56,673 bases of DNA from a virus (taxonomy: Duplodnaviria; Caudoviricetes). Of this stretch, positions 17,907-25,803 are shown piece by piece (the stretch's first letter is position 1; every line of letters starts with the position of its first letter). The stretch is taken from positions 1-56,673 of the IMG/VR virus record IMGVR_UViG_3300036851_000348; one strand, given 5' to 3'. Under the pieces are notes generated by a model, which was given only the letters and a program-made list of their open reading frames with translations, was not told the DNA's origin and made no database searches. Made by a program: the position numbers and the translations under genes.

Positions 17907-18413
17907 ATGAACGATATTGATTCCGACAATTTCGAGCTCGAAGTCCATCCGGCGTGGCGCCAAGCGATCAAGGATTTTCTCGCCGCCAACTTTCCGCCGG
18001 GCCACGTCGTCACCTTCGATTGGCTCTACGACGCGTTCAAGTTGAAGATGCCGAGCGAGGCGACGACGTGGGGCGAGGCGTCGAAAACCAAGCTGTTGTT
18101 CCTCAGCCAGTTCCAGAATTTTTCCGAGCATCTGCTGAGCGAGCAAACCATCGCGCTCGCCAGCGTGACCGGCGTCGGCTATCGCGTGCTGCCGCCCGGC
18201 GACCAAACACCGTGGGCCGAGGCCGAAGGACGCGCCGAACTCAAGCGCGCGCTGCGCAAGCTCGGCCGGCGCATCAGCCACGTCGATCGCGCGAAGCTCA
18301 CCACCGGCCAGTTGCGCGAGAACGCCGACGCGATGGCGCGCTACTCGATGCTGCGCGGCATGACAAAGCAAATCGAACGCCAGCCAGCCGAGGACGAAGA
18401 ACAAAGCGACTGA
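17907..18413 (+). CDS. Hypothetical protein, candidate accessory of the RAMP/array locus
   Basis: Starts 10 nt after the last tract; GVGYRVL wing-like motif followed by long helices. Confidence 0.6.
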   Translation: MNDIDSDNFELEVHPAWRQAIKDFLAANFPPGHVVTFDWLYDAFKLKMPSEATTWGEASKTKLLFLSQFQNFSEHLLSEQTIALASVTGVGYRVLPPGDQTPWAEAEGRAELKRALRKLGRRISHVDRAKLTTGQLRENADAMARYSMLRGMTKQIERQPAEDEEQSD

Positions 18414-18428
18414 TGCGGGGAGATTGTT

Positions 18429-18938
18429 GTGGCGACGAACGCTGACGACCCAGAGAAATTCGCCCACGACATGGCCGCTTTGCACGCGACGAACGCGCTG
18501 AAGGGATTCTGGTACGCGTGGCAGCGACTCAGTCCGCGCTGCCAAAGCCCAATCGAAAAACTTTTTCTCGCCGCATTCCTCGGCACCTCTCGCGCGGGCG
18601 ATTGGACATACAGCGAAACCGAGTTCAACGAGGCCAAGGCCCAGCACGCCGTGGGGGCGATCTTCGGTGAAATGTATCTACAGGCGAAGATCAAGGGGTA
18701 TCGCGCCGACTTCCTTATTTATTCGTCGTGGGCCGAGCGCTACGTCGTCATCGAGTGCGACGGCCATAACTATCACGAACGCACCCCCGAACAGGCCGCG
18801 CACGATCGCAAGCGCGACCGCGCGATGGCCGAGAATGGCATTCGAGTCCTCCGCTTCACCGGGACCGAGATTTACCGCGACGCGCCCGCGTGCGCGCGGC
18901 AGGCGCAAGAGTTCGCCGGCTGGCTCGCTGGCCAATAG
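18429..18938 (+). CDS. DUF559/Vsr-like endonuclease
   Basis: SPIE ... YRADF..VVIECDGH.YH..D..RDR....G..VLRFTG.EI. Confidence 0.8.
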   Translation: MATNADDPEKFAHDMAALHATNALKGFWYAWQRLSPRCQSPIEKLFLAAFLGTSRAGDWTYSETEFNEAKAQHAVGAIFGEMYLQAKIKGYRADFLIYSSWAERYVVIECDGHNYHERTPEQAAHDRKRDRAMAENGIRVLRFTGTEIYRDAPACARQAQEFAGWLAGQ

Positions 18939-18949
18939 GAGTAGTCGCC

Positions 18950-19672
18950 ATGCCTGATTTCGCCGCCATGCCGTTCTGGACCGACGCCTACTTGGCCGAC
19001 TGCGGCCACCTCGACGACGCCGAGCACGGACGCTACGTCCAGATCCTGATCGCGCTCTGGCGCGCCCCCAAGCAGCGCTTGCCCAACGACGACGACTGGC
19101 TCGCCCATCGGTTCCGCCGCACCGTTGAGCGCGTCCGCGCCGAGCTTCGCCCGCTCATCGCCGAGTTCTGCCAGTCGGACGACAACTGGATCACGCAGAA
19201 GCGGCTCACGCGCGAGTTCGAGTACGTCACCACGCAAGCGCAGAATCGGAGCAACGCCGCCAAGGCACGGGAAACAAAGAAAAAGAATGGGCACGCCGTG
19301 CCACACCCACACCCTACCGCTACCGCTAGCGCTAAGCGTAGCGAAGTAGAGAATCCTTCCGCTATACCGAGTCCCGTTGCCGCGCGCGAGGGTGGCGATT
19401 TGAAGATTTTGAAGCCGGGTAGCGCGGCGCTTCGCGCCGTTCGCGGTAGCGGGAAGTACGCCAAACCCGAAAACCGCGACGCCTACGCCCGCGAGAAAAT
19501 CGTTGCGGCTCTAGGCGGCGACTCGGACGCGCACATGCTGATGATGGCGGCGGAAACGCCGGGCGAGACGGGCCACGACCGCGCCGTGGCGCGCGTCCGC
19601 GAGGTGGCGGCGCTGGTCGGCGTCGGATGGATTTCGCCCGAGGTCCGCGCCCGCCGGGCCGCGTCCGCATGA
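18950..19672 (+). CDS. DUF1376/YdaU-family protein, putative replication initiator
   Basis: MPFWTDAYLAD..HL...EHG.Y..IL...W ... Q.RL..E. Confidence 0.75.
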   Translation: MPDFAAMPFWTDAYLADCGHLDDAEHGRYVQILIALWRAPKQRLPNDDDWLAHRFRRTVERVRAELRPLIAEFCQSDDNWITQKRLTREFEYVTTQAQNRSNAAKARETKKKNGHAVPHPHPTATASAKRSEVENPSAIPSPVAAREGGDLKILKPGSAALRAVRGSGKYAKPENRDAYAREKIVAALGGDSDAHMLMMAAETPGETGHDRAVARVREVAALVGVGWISPEVRARRAASA

Positions 19673-20091
19673 TCCGCTTTCTTCTCGCCCTCCTCGCCGT
19701 CATGGGCGTCGCGTGCATTCTTCTGGCCGAGGCCGCGTTCGGCCAGGTCCCGTGTTCCGTCCAGTCGGTGACCGACGGCGACACCTTCCGCGCCCACTGC
19801 CGGCCGTGGCCGGGGATCGTGATCGAGACCGCGGTGCGCGTGAAAAACATCGACGCGCCCGAGATGAAGGCGAAATGCGCCTTCGAAGCGCTCCAGGCCG
19901 GGCACGCCAAGGCGGCGTTGGGCGATCTCCTGAAGCTGGGGCCGGTCCTCCTCTACGACGTGACGCCGGACAAGTTTTCCGGGAGAGTCGACGCGAACGT
20001 TTTGGCGGGAGGAGTCGATGTCGGGGTCGAGATGATCGTCCTGGGCCACGCCCGGGCGTACCTGGGCGGGAAGCGGGAGCCGTGGTGCTGA
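19669..20091 (+). CDS. Secreted thermonuclease (SNase family)
   Basis: Signal peptide; V.DGDT..VRV..IDAPE..DKFSGR..G.A..Y.G.KR..WC. Confidence 0.85.
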   Translation: MIRFLLALLAVMGVACILLAEAAFGQVPCSVQSVTDGDTFRAHCRPWPGIVIETAVRVKNIDAPEMKAKCAFEALQAGHAKAALGDLLKLGPVLLYDVTPDKFSGRVDANVLAGGVDVGVEMIVLGHARAYLGGKREPWC

Positions 20092-20336
20092 AGGGGGGGG
20101 GGGAAGCGGCCCGGCGGCGTCGCCAAACTCCGCCGGGCGCTCGGGGGGTTTCCCAATCGGCGGGTCCAAGGCCTCCCTCCCCGGCGGCCCCGGCCCGCCC
20201 ACCTACAAAGTACCGGCCGGAATCGGGCCTGGCCCGTGACCGTCCGGTGATCCGGGCAAGGCAGAAACTGAGGATTCGGCTTACCATTTCATGCTAGGAC
20301 ATTGGCGCATATGCGGTTTTCTGGGGGTTCCCTCCC

Positions 20337-20864
20337 TTGTCCTGGACCCCGGCCCTGGTCGAGGCGCGTCTCGAAGAGGCGTTCCTCGTGCTGCTTTTGC
20401 TTCCCGACCCGCACCGGAGGTACCTCCTGGGCGCCCGGTCGAATTGGCCCGACGTGGTCCGCTCGGCGGCCGAAGCCTACGGCTGGGGCGATCCCGGCAT
20501 CGTCGGCAAGGGCGGCGAGGCGCCGAAGGCCCTCCTCAGGGATCCCAAGGACCACCAGCTCATCGAAGAGCAGGAGATCAAGCCGATCCCGCGCGACCTC
20601 GACATGGGCCGGCTCAAGAACGTCGAGCCCCGGGACGCGGTCGACGCGCATGCCGCGATCGAGCGCATGGACGCGGCCTTGCCGTGGCTTTTATGGCTCA
20701 GTCCGCAGCGGGCCCGCCTCGTCTGGCAGCGGCTCGAGGGAACCGCGTGGTGGCGGATCGCCGCGGTCGAGCGCCGGTCGGAGAAGACCGTCATGCGATG
20801 GTACGCCGAGGCGATGCTGACGATTGCGGATGAGCTGGTGACGCTCGAATGTGGGGCTGGCTGA
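20337..20864 (+). CDS. DUF6362-like putative late transcription regulator
   Basis: WTP..VEARLEEA..L..LP ... RMD.AL.WL.WL....R.VW.R..G..W..IA, with a sigma-region-4-like C-terminus. Confidence 0.65.
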   Translation: MSWTPALVEARLEEAFLVLLLLPDPHRRYLLGARSNWPDVVRSAAEAYGWGDPGIVGKGGEAPKALLRDPKDHQLIEEQEIKPIPRDLDMGRLKNVEPRDAVDAHAAIERMDAALPWLLWLSPQRARLVWQRLEGTAWWRIAAVERRSEKTVMRWYAEAMLTIADELVTLECGAG

Positions 20865-21089
20865 TACTGGGGGGCTACGTCGCGGGCGGGGCGTTTTACG
20901 CCGGCGCGATCTACGCGCAACAGCAACGCGGCTATCCGAGTATCGCCGACTACAGGCGCGCCGAGCAGGGCGGCTTCAGCGTGTTTTGTGCGTTCCTTTG
21001 GCCCATCACCCAGTTTCTCTACTGGTTCATGCCGTTCGGCGAGGGCGCGCCGTGGCTCGGCTGGCTTTGTCCCTTCACGGAGGATCGTC

Positions 21090-21230
21090 ATGGAAATCGG
21101 CAAGCCCATTCGCAAGTTCGAGGTGGTGCCCAAGGTCATGCCTGCTGCGGTTCCTGCCTCGCCTGCACCGCTCCCGAGCCGGGAGCCGGCCCGAGCGCCG
21201 GAACGCAAGGAGCCGGTCCCGGCCAAGTGA
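21090..21230 (+). CDS. Small Pro-rich protein
   Basis: GGAGG RBS; MEIGKPIRKFEVVP... Confidence 0.5.
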   Translation: MEIGKPIRKFEVVPKVMPAAVPASPAPLPSREPARAPERKEPVPAK

Positions 21231-21838
21231 CCTCGTCCACGGGCCGCGTGCAGTGGTCCCCGCCGCCGCCGCCATTGCCGCCGCCCGTGCTCTGCCAGTG
21301 TCCGACGTGCCAGGCCGTCACCGCCACGGGCGAGGTGCACGAATGTCCGGTGGTCAGCGACAACGACCGCGCCGCAGTGCGGACGATCCAGGATCTCTGC
21401 GCCGCCGGCCTGACGCCGGAAGAGATCGCGACCGACATGGGCGTGGTGCTCGGATGGCGCGTGTGGAACATGGACTCGAGCGGGCTGCACGGGGCGGGGA
21501 CGGGTTCGATAACGACGTGGCCGATGGACGCGCCGATGCTGGCCGTCTGCGTCGAGTCGGGCTGCCGCGGCCGCGGCACGCACTGCGGGCTAATCCCGGG
21601 ACACGGCTACGACCGCGAGACAAAGCCGATCTGCCGCATTCATGCGCTGAAGCAGAAGGCCGACCACCACATGGGCGCGCCCCCCCTCGTCGGCGCCGTC
21701 GCGCTCTGGGGCGAGGTCATCGAGTGCGAGACCGGGTATCTCGCGACACGCGCCTATCCCCTGGCGCTTCCCTCCCCGGTCCTCGCCCGCGCCTATCGGG
21801 TGTGCCACCTAGCAACCGCCGTGCCACTCCCGCGTTAA
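21227..21838 (+). CDS. Phage hypothetical protein, Cys/His-rich
   Basis: GWRVW..W...A.C..C.IHA..VGAVALWGEVIE..GY; start uncertain because the frame is open from 20849. Confidence 0.5.
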   Translation: MTSSTGRVQWSPPPPPLPPPVLCQCPTCQAVTATGEVHECPVVSDNDRAAVRTIQDLCAAGLTPEEIATDMGVVLGWRVWNMDSSGLHGAGTGSITTWPMDAPMLAVCVESGCRGRGTHCGLIPGHGYDRETKPICRIHALKQKADHHMGAPPLVGAVALWGEVIECETGYLATRAYPLALPSPVLARAYRVCHLATAVPLPR

Positions 21839-22050
21839 CGATTCGGGCTTTCTTGCCCGCCCGCCCGGTGTCGGACTGTTGACGGTTTGGGGCTAACTTC
21901 CGGGAACGCTGCGAGAGCCGCGCGTGCCCGCTCCAGCCGTGCCCTGACGGCCTCCGGCCCCGGCTCTCGCAGCTTTTCCTCCCCGTTCCGCAGGTCGCCG
22001 CCATCCTCCCTCGCGAGCTCGTCGCCACGCTTGAGGCGCGCCGGCGCGCG

Positions 22051-22236
22051 TTGAGGCTCGGCCGCCTGGCGCTGTGCGAGAAGATCGGCGTCAACGAGCA
22101 GTGCGTCATGAAGTGGGAGCGGGGGACCAACCAGCCGCTGCTCGGCAACCTCATCGCGTGGGCCGGGGCGCTGGGACTCGAGCTACGGATTGGTCCCAAA
22201 ACGGACACGCGAAAATCGCAACCCGAAGATTCATGA
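22051..22236 (+). CDS. XRE-type HTH protein, start uncertain
   Basis: L.EKIGV....V.KWERG...P...L..WA.ALG. Confidence 0.6.
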   Translation: MRLGRLALCEKIGVNEQCVMKWERGTNQPLLGNLIAWAGALGLELRIGPKTDTRKSQPEDS

Positions 22237-23055
22237 ACCACCCATGTCCTCGCTCACGAAACGCAATCCTGGGGCGGCCGGGCCCAAGGTGCGTAAGTTC
22301 GTCAAGGGCTGGGCGGCGCCCCGGGACTACGTGAAGGCGCACTTCTACCGCAGGGAAGACGCCGGCCTCGCGGTCAGATCGTGCGGCGGCGTCGCGTGGG
22401 CCGGCGATCTGCACGAGCCGGGTATCCGCCACGAGTGCAAAGTCTGCCTTCGGGTGCTATACGGCCGCGCATGAACGAGCCCACGCCGGCTGAAAGTTCC
22501 GATTCCCAGCTCGCCGATTTCATCGGCTGGAAAAAAGCCGCGTCCGCCCGCGCGCTGGACGAGGAAACGCCATGGACCGACGAGGCGAAGCGGCGGCGGA
22601 AGAAGAAGTACGTAGGCGAATTGTTCGAGGTCTCCGTTGTCAGGTCGACGAGGCCATATTTGTCGACCAGCGCGGTCGTCGCGAAACTAGGCCAGGCGTG
22701 GGTCAAAGCGCATTCGAAGCTGGCGCGCTATTCGAGCGTAAGAGCGACCGCAAGACAGAAGCCGCAGGCTTAGAGCGGTTTCAGGATTGGCTGTAGCCGC
22801 TCATCCGCCGGAAAAGCGCGCGCGCGAATGCAATGCGTTTCTGTTGAGGGCCCATCTTGGCGCCGTCCTCGCCCCATTCGCTCGGCGTCCACCAGCCGAC
22901 CTCGACGCCCGCTTCGATGTAGAGCCGCCATATCTCCTCATCGGTCCAGCGGCCCGTCGGTTGGCGCTTTACCTCGATCTCGTCCGCGATCACCCGTGCG
23001 TCCCCTTACGCGACCCTCGACTGTCCATAATAGCCATTACAACACTGACCCTCCA

Positions 23056-23496
23056 ATGCCGCATTCGGCCGACGACCTCGCCACGCTTCAGGCGAGGACG
23101 CGCTACGTCGAGCCGTCGGGGTGCTGGCACTGGACCGGGCCGCTCACCTCCAAGGGCTATCCCTCTCTAGAGCTCAACGGCCGCCAGGTGCTCGCGGTTC
23201 GCGCGTCCTATGTCGCGCAGAACGGCCCTATTCCGCCCGGTTCGCGGCCGATCCAGTCGTGCTCGGACCCGCTCTGCATCTGCCCGTTCCATCTGAAGCT
23301 GGTCGCCGAATCGTTCCGGCGTCCGCCGCGCGCCGGCGTCAACGGCGGCGTCAGAATCCGGAAACTAACCAACGACCAGGTGCGCCAAATCCGCGCCTCG
23401 ACCGAGAATGAAAACATTCTAGCCGAGCGCTTCAAAATCACCCGGTCGCACGTCCTCGACATCCGCTCGGGACGGCGCAAAGCGGCCGTGCTCTAG
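23056..23496 (+). CDS. Degenerate HNH-family protein with C-terminal HTH
   Basis: GCWHWTG..KGY, but AVR/QSC/CICP replace the usual AHR/H.C/C.NP; C-terminal KLT..QV..IR..LA.RF.I. Confidence 0.65.
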   Translation: MPHSADDLATLQARTRYVEPSGCWHWTGPLTSKGYPSLELNGRQVLAVRASYVAQNGPIPPGSRPIQSCSDPLCICPFHLKLVAESFRRPPRAGVNGGVRIRKLTNDQVRQIRASTENENILAERFKITRSHVLDIRSGRRKAAVL

Positions 23497-23533
23497 GCGC
23501 ACGCACGGGCACGCTCTAATCAAAGGAATTCAA

Positions 23534-23896
23534 ATGCGAGGGGGGCGCCGCCCCGGCGCCGGCCGCAAGCGCGGCTCGGTCACCAAGAAGACGCGCGAGG
23601 TCGCGGTCGAGGCGGCCAAGCAGGGCATTTCGCCCGCCGATGTGATGCTTGAGGCGATGCGCCAGCAGTATTCGCTCGCACGAGACGCGTCCGAGCCGGA
23701 GATCAAGGCGCTCTTCCTGTCGCGCGCCGCCCAGATCGCCAAGGACGTCGCGCCCTACGTACATCCGAGAATCACGCCGGTCGAGCCCAGGAAAGACGAC
23801 GCGGGCGAAGCGGCCCCGGCCATGAGCGAGAACGAGATCCTGCGCCGCCTGGTATTCACGTTCCTGCGCGCCCACGACAACCCCGCAACAGAGTAG
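23534..23896 (+). CDS. terS: Terminase small subunit
   Basis: RGG.RPGAGRK.GS..K.T ... A.DVAPYVHPR; AAGGA RBS; start of the late arm. Confidence 0.65.
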   Translation: MRGGRRPGAGRKRGSVTKKTREVAVEAAKQGISPADVMLEAMRQQYSLARDASEPEIKALFLSRAAQIAKDVAPYVHPRITPVEPRKDDAGEAAPAMSENEILRRLVFTFLRAHDNPATE

Positions 23897-23902
23897 CCGC
23901 CC

Positions 23903-24319
23903 ATGACCGCCAGCGACATCTTTGAGACCGACCTCGCGAAGATGATCTTCAACGCGTCGACGAGCGTCGTGTTCTCCTCGACCATGCTGTACATCTCACT
24001 GCACACTGCGGCACCCGGCGATGCGGGGAGCCAGATCACAAGCGAGACGACCTACACCGGCTACACCCGGATCGGCGTGTCGAAGGTCGGGACGACCGGT
24101 TTCACCGTCGCCGGCGACCTCGCCTACAACACGACGACGATCACGTTCCCGCAGTGCACCGGCGGGTCCGGCACGATCACTCATTTCGGCATCGGCTGCT
24201 CGTCGGGCACCTCGACCGGCTACCTGGTGTTCGACTCCTCGATCACCACCGCGCTCGCCGTGTCCTCGGGCGTGACGCCGTCGTTCGCGTCGACCGCGCT
24301 CCAGGTCTCGATCGCCTAG
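23903..24319 (+). CDS. Virion structural protein, tail-fibre-associated
   Basis: LYISLHTA.PG..G....E..Y.GY.R ... N...ITFP..TG...ITHFGI motif. Confidence 0.7.
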   Translation: MTASDIFETDLAKMIFNASTSVVFSSTMLYISLHTAAPGDAGSQITSETTYTGYTRIGVSKVGTTGFTVAGDLAYNTTTITFPQCTGGSGTITHFGIGCSSGTSTGYLVFDSSITTALAVSSGVTPSFASTALQVSIA

Positions 24320-24328
24320 TCCGGGGCG

Positions 24329-25009
24329 ATGGAGTTCGCGCCCGAGTTGCTGGCGCTCTACCGGGCGAGCGGCCTGCCGCCCGACCAGATCACCGAGGAC
24401 GACCGGCAGACGCTGCTCGAGCTTGCGGCCGGCCGGCACCTCGTCTTCGAGGTCGGGACCTACCTCGGCGCGTCGGCCGAGATGATGCTGGTCGGGCAGC
24501 GCGGCGCCGGCGTCGTCATCACCCTCGACACCTTCGGCGGCTCACCCGAGGACTGGACCAGCTGGCACGAGAATAAGCCGCCGCCCGACGGCGCCATGCA
24601 GGCGATCGCCAGGGGTAGGCTCGCGCGCTTCGGCGACCGCTGCCAGATCATGCAGGCGCCGAGCCCGGCGGTGGCGAGCATCTTCGCCGACGGCATCGCC
24701 GATCTCGTGTTTCTCGACGGCGAGCATCACTACACGGCCATCCTCGCCGACATCCGCGCCTGGCTGCCCAAGCTGAAGCCGGGCGGGCTGATGGCCGGCC
24801 ACGACTACGACAAGGAGGCCGACGCGCTGATGCGCGGCGACCCGGCCGAGTTCGAGCGCCGGTCGCATTACACGTTTTACGAAGGCCTGCACTACGGCGT
24901 GGCGCGCGCCGTCAACGAGATTTTCGCGACGCACGAGCTGGCGCCGCGCAAGGGCTCCTCGATCTGGTGGGCGCGGCCCGAATGGGCGCGGTTCGACAAC
25001 GCGGACTAG
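24329..25009 (+). CDS. Class I SAM-dependent methyltransferase (Methyltransf_24-like)
   Basis: EVGTYLGAS, LDTF, DLVFLDG.H.Y....DI..W.PKLKPGG..AGHDY. Confidence 0.85.
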   Translation: MEFAPELLALYRASGLPPDQITEDDRQTLLELAAGRHLVFEVGTYLGASAEMMLVGQRGAGVVITLDTFGGSPEDWTSWHENKPPPDGAMQAIARGRLARFGDRCQIMQAPSPAVASIFADGIADLVFLDGEHHYTAILADIRAWLPKLKPGGLMAGHDYDKEADALMRGDPAEFERRSHYTFYEGLHYGVARAVNEIFATHELAPRKGSSIWWARPEWARFDNAD

Positions 25010-25371
25010 TCGACCTCGACGTTCTTGAACGTGGCGAGAAACCGCCACGTCGGGCAGCCGAGGTCGGGCGTCGTCGAGCAGTTGAGGATCAGCATCGAGT
25101 GCCCGATGGCGACGCGGCCGGTCTCGAACGACTTCTGCCAGTAGCGGAACGAACTGGACAGCGTCGCAAGCGCGTGCAGCGTGACCAGCGTGTTCTCGCG
25201 GATGCAGGTGTCGAATACCTCAGTTTCGTAGGCCGGCGTGCCGATCTGCCCGTTGACGATCGGCGTGATGTTCAACTGCACCTCGACCGCCTTGTTGCGG
25301 CAGTCGTCCCAGTCGGCGAGGGCGGCGCTCGACAACAGGCTCAACGCCAACGCGGCAAGCATGGTCTTCAT
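25006..25371 (-). CDS. Exported hypothetical protein (moron)
   Basis: Signal peptide MKTMLAALALSLLSSAALA; AAGGAG RBS; antisense to the late arm. Confidence 0.65.
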   Translation of the reverse strand: MKTMLAALALSLLSSAALADWDDCRNKAVEVQLNITPIVNGQIGTPAYETEVFDTCIRENTLVTLHALATLSSSFRYWQKSFETGRVAIGHSMLILNCSTTPDLGCPTWRFLATFKNVEVD

Positions 25372-25400
25372 GGGGGTCTCCTTTGGTTGTCCCGATGAAA

Positions 25401-25462
25401 CTGTCGCACACATGCGACAGCGGCGTCAACAGGAGGACCGTGGGATATTCGCAACCGTGCGA
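25401..25462. promoter_or_regulatory. Two operator-like palindromes TCGCA-N4-TGCGA
   Basis: CTGTCGCA-CACA-TGCGACAG (25401-25420) and TCGCA-ACCG-TGCGA (25449-25462) between divergent genes. Confidence 0.65.
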
Positions 25463-25483
25463 CGGGCGTGCTAATGTCCAGCC

Positions 25484-25669
25484 ATGAGGCTCGGGGACTA
25501 TCTCAACGCGGCGAAGCTCACGCCGGACGAATTCGCGGCGTTGGCGCAAGTGCATCGCGCCACGATCTACCGGGTTCTCAACGAGCCGGGCTACGCGCCG
25601 AGCCTCAAGACCGCGCTCGCCATCGAGAAAGCATCCCATCGCAAGGTACGGCCCGCCGATTTGGCGTAG
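25484..25669 (+). CDS. Cro-like HTH regulator
   Basis: M.L.DYL.....T..EFA....V.RATIYR......PS...A.AIE..S...V...DL. Confidence 0.8.
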   Translation: MRLGDYLNAAKLTPDEFAALAQVHRATIYRVLNEPGYAPSLKTALAIEKASHRKVRPADLA

Positions 25670-25803
25670 GCCCTAGGCCCACTAATGGCCGAGCGCAAAC
25701 TCGCTGATTAGGCGCGCCCACTCCGGCCGCGCCCGGCCGACTGATCTTTCCACACTTCGACGCCCGCCCGTGAGGTCGGCGGCGTAGGGAGGCCCGGCCG
25801 CCC

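Noticed and set aside
17385-17920. Overlapping Arg/Gly/Ala-rich ORFs on both strands across the array
   Set aside because: These are by-products of the 5-nt GGCNN periodicity, which is not a multiple of 3; there is no RBS or phage-like codon usage.
20092-20336. G-run-rich intergenic region as replication origin or G-quadruplex
   Set aside because: No iterons or AT-rich unwinding element were seen, so support is insufficient.
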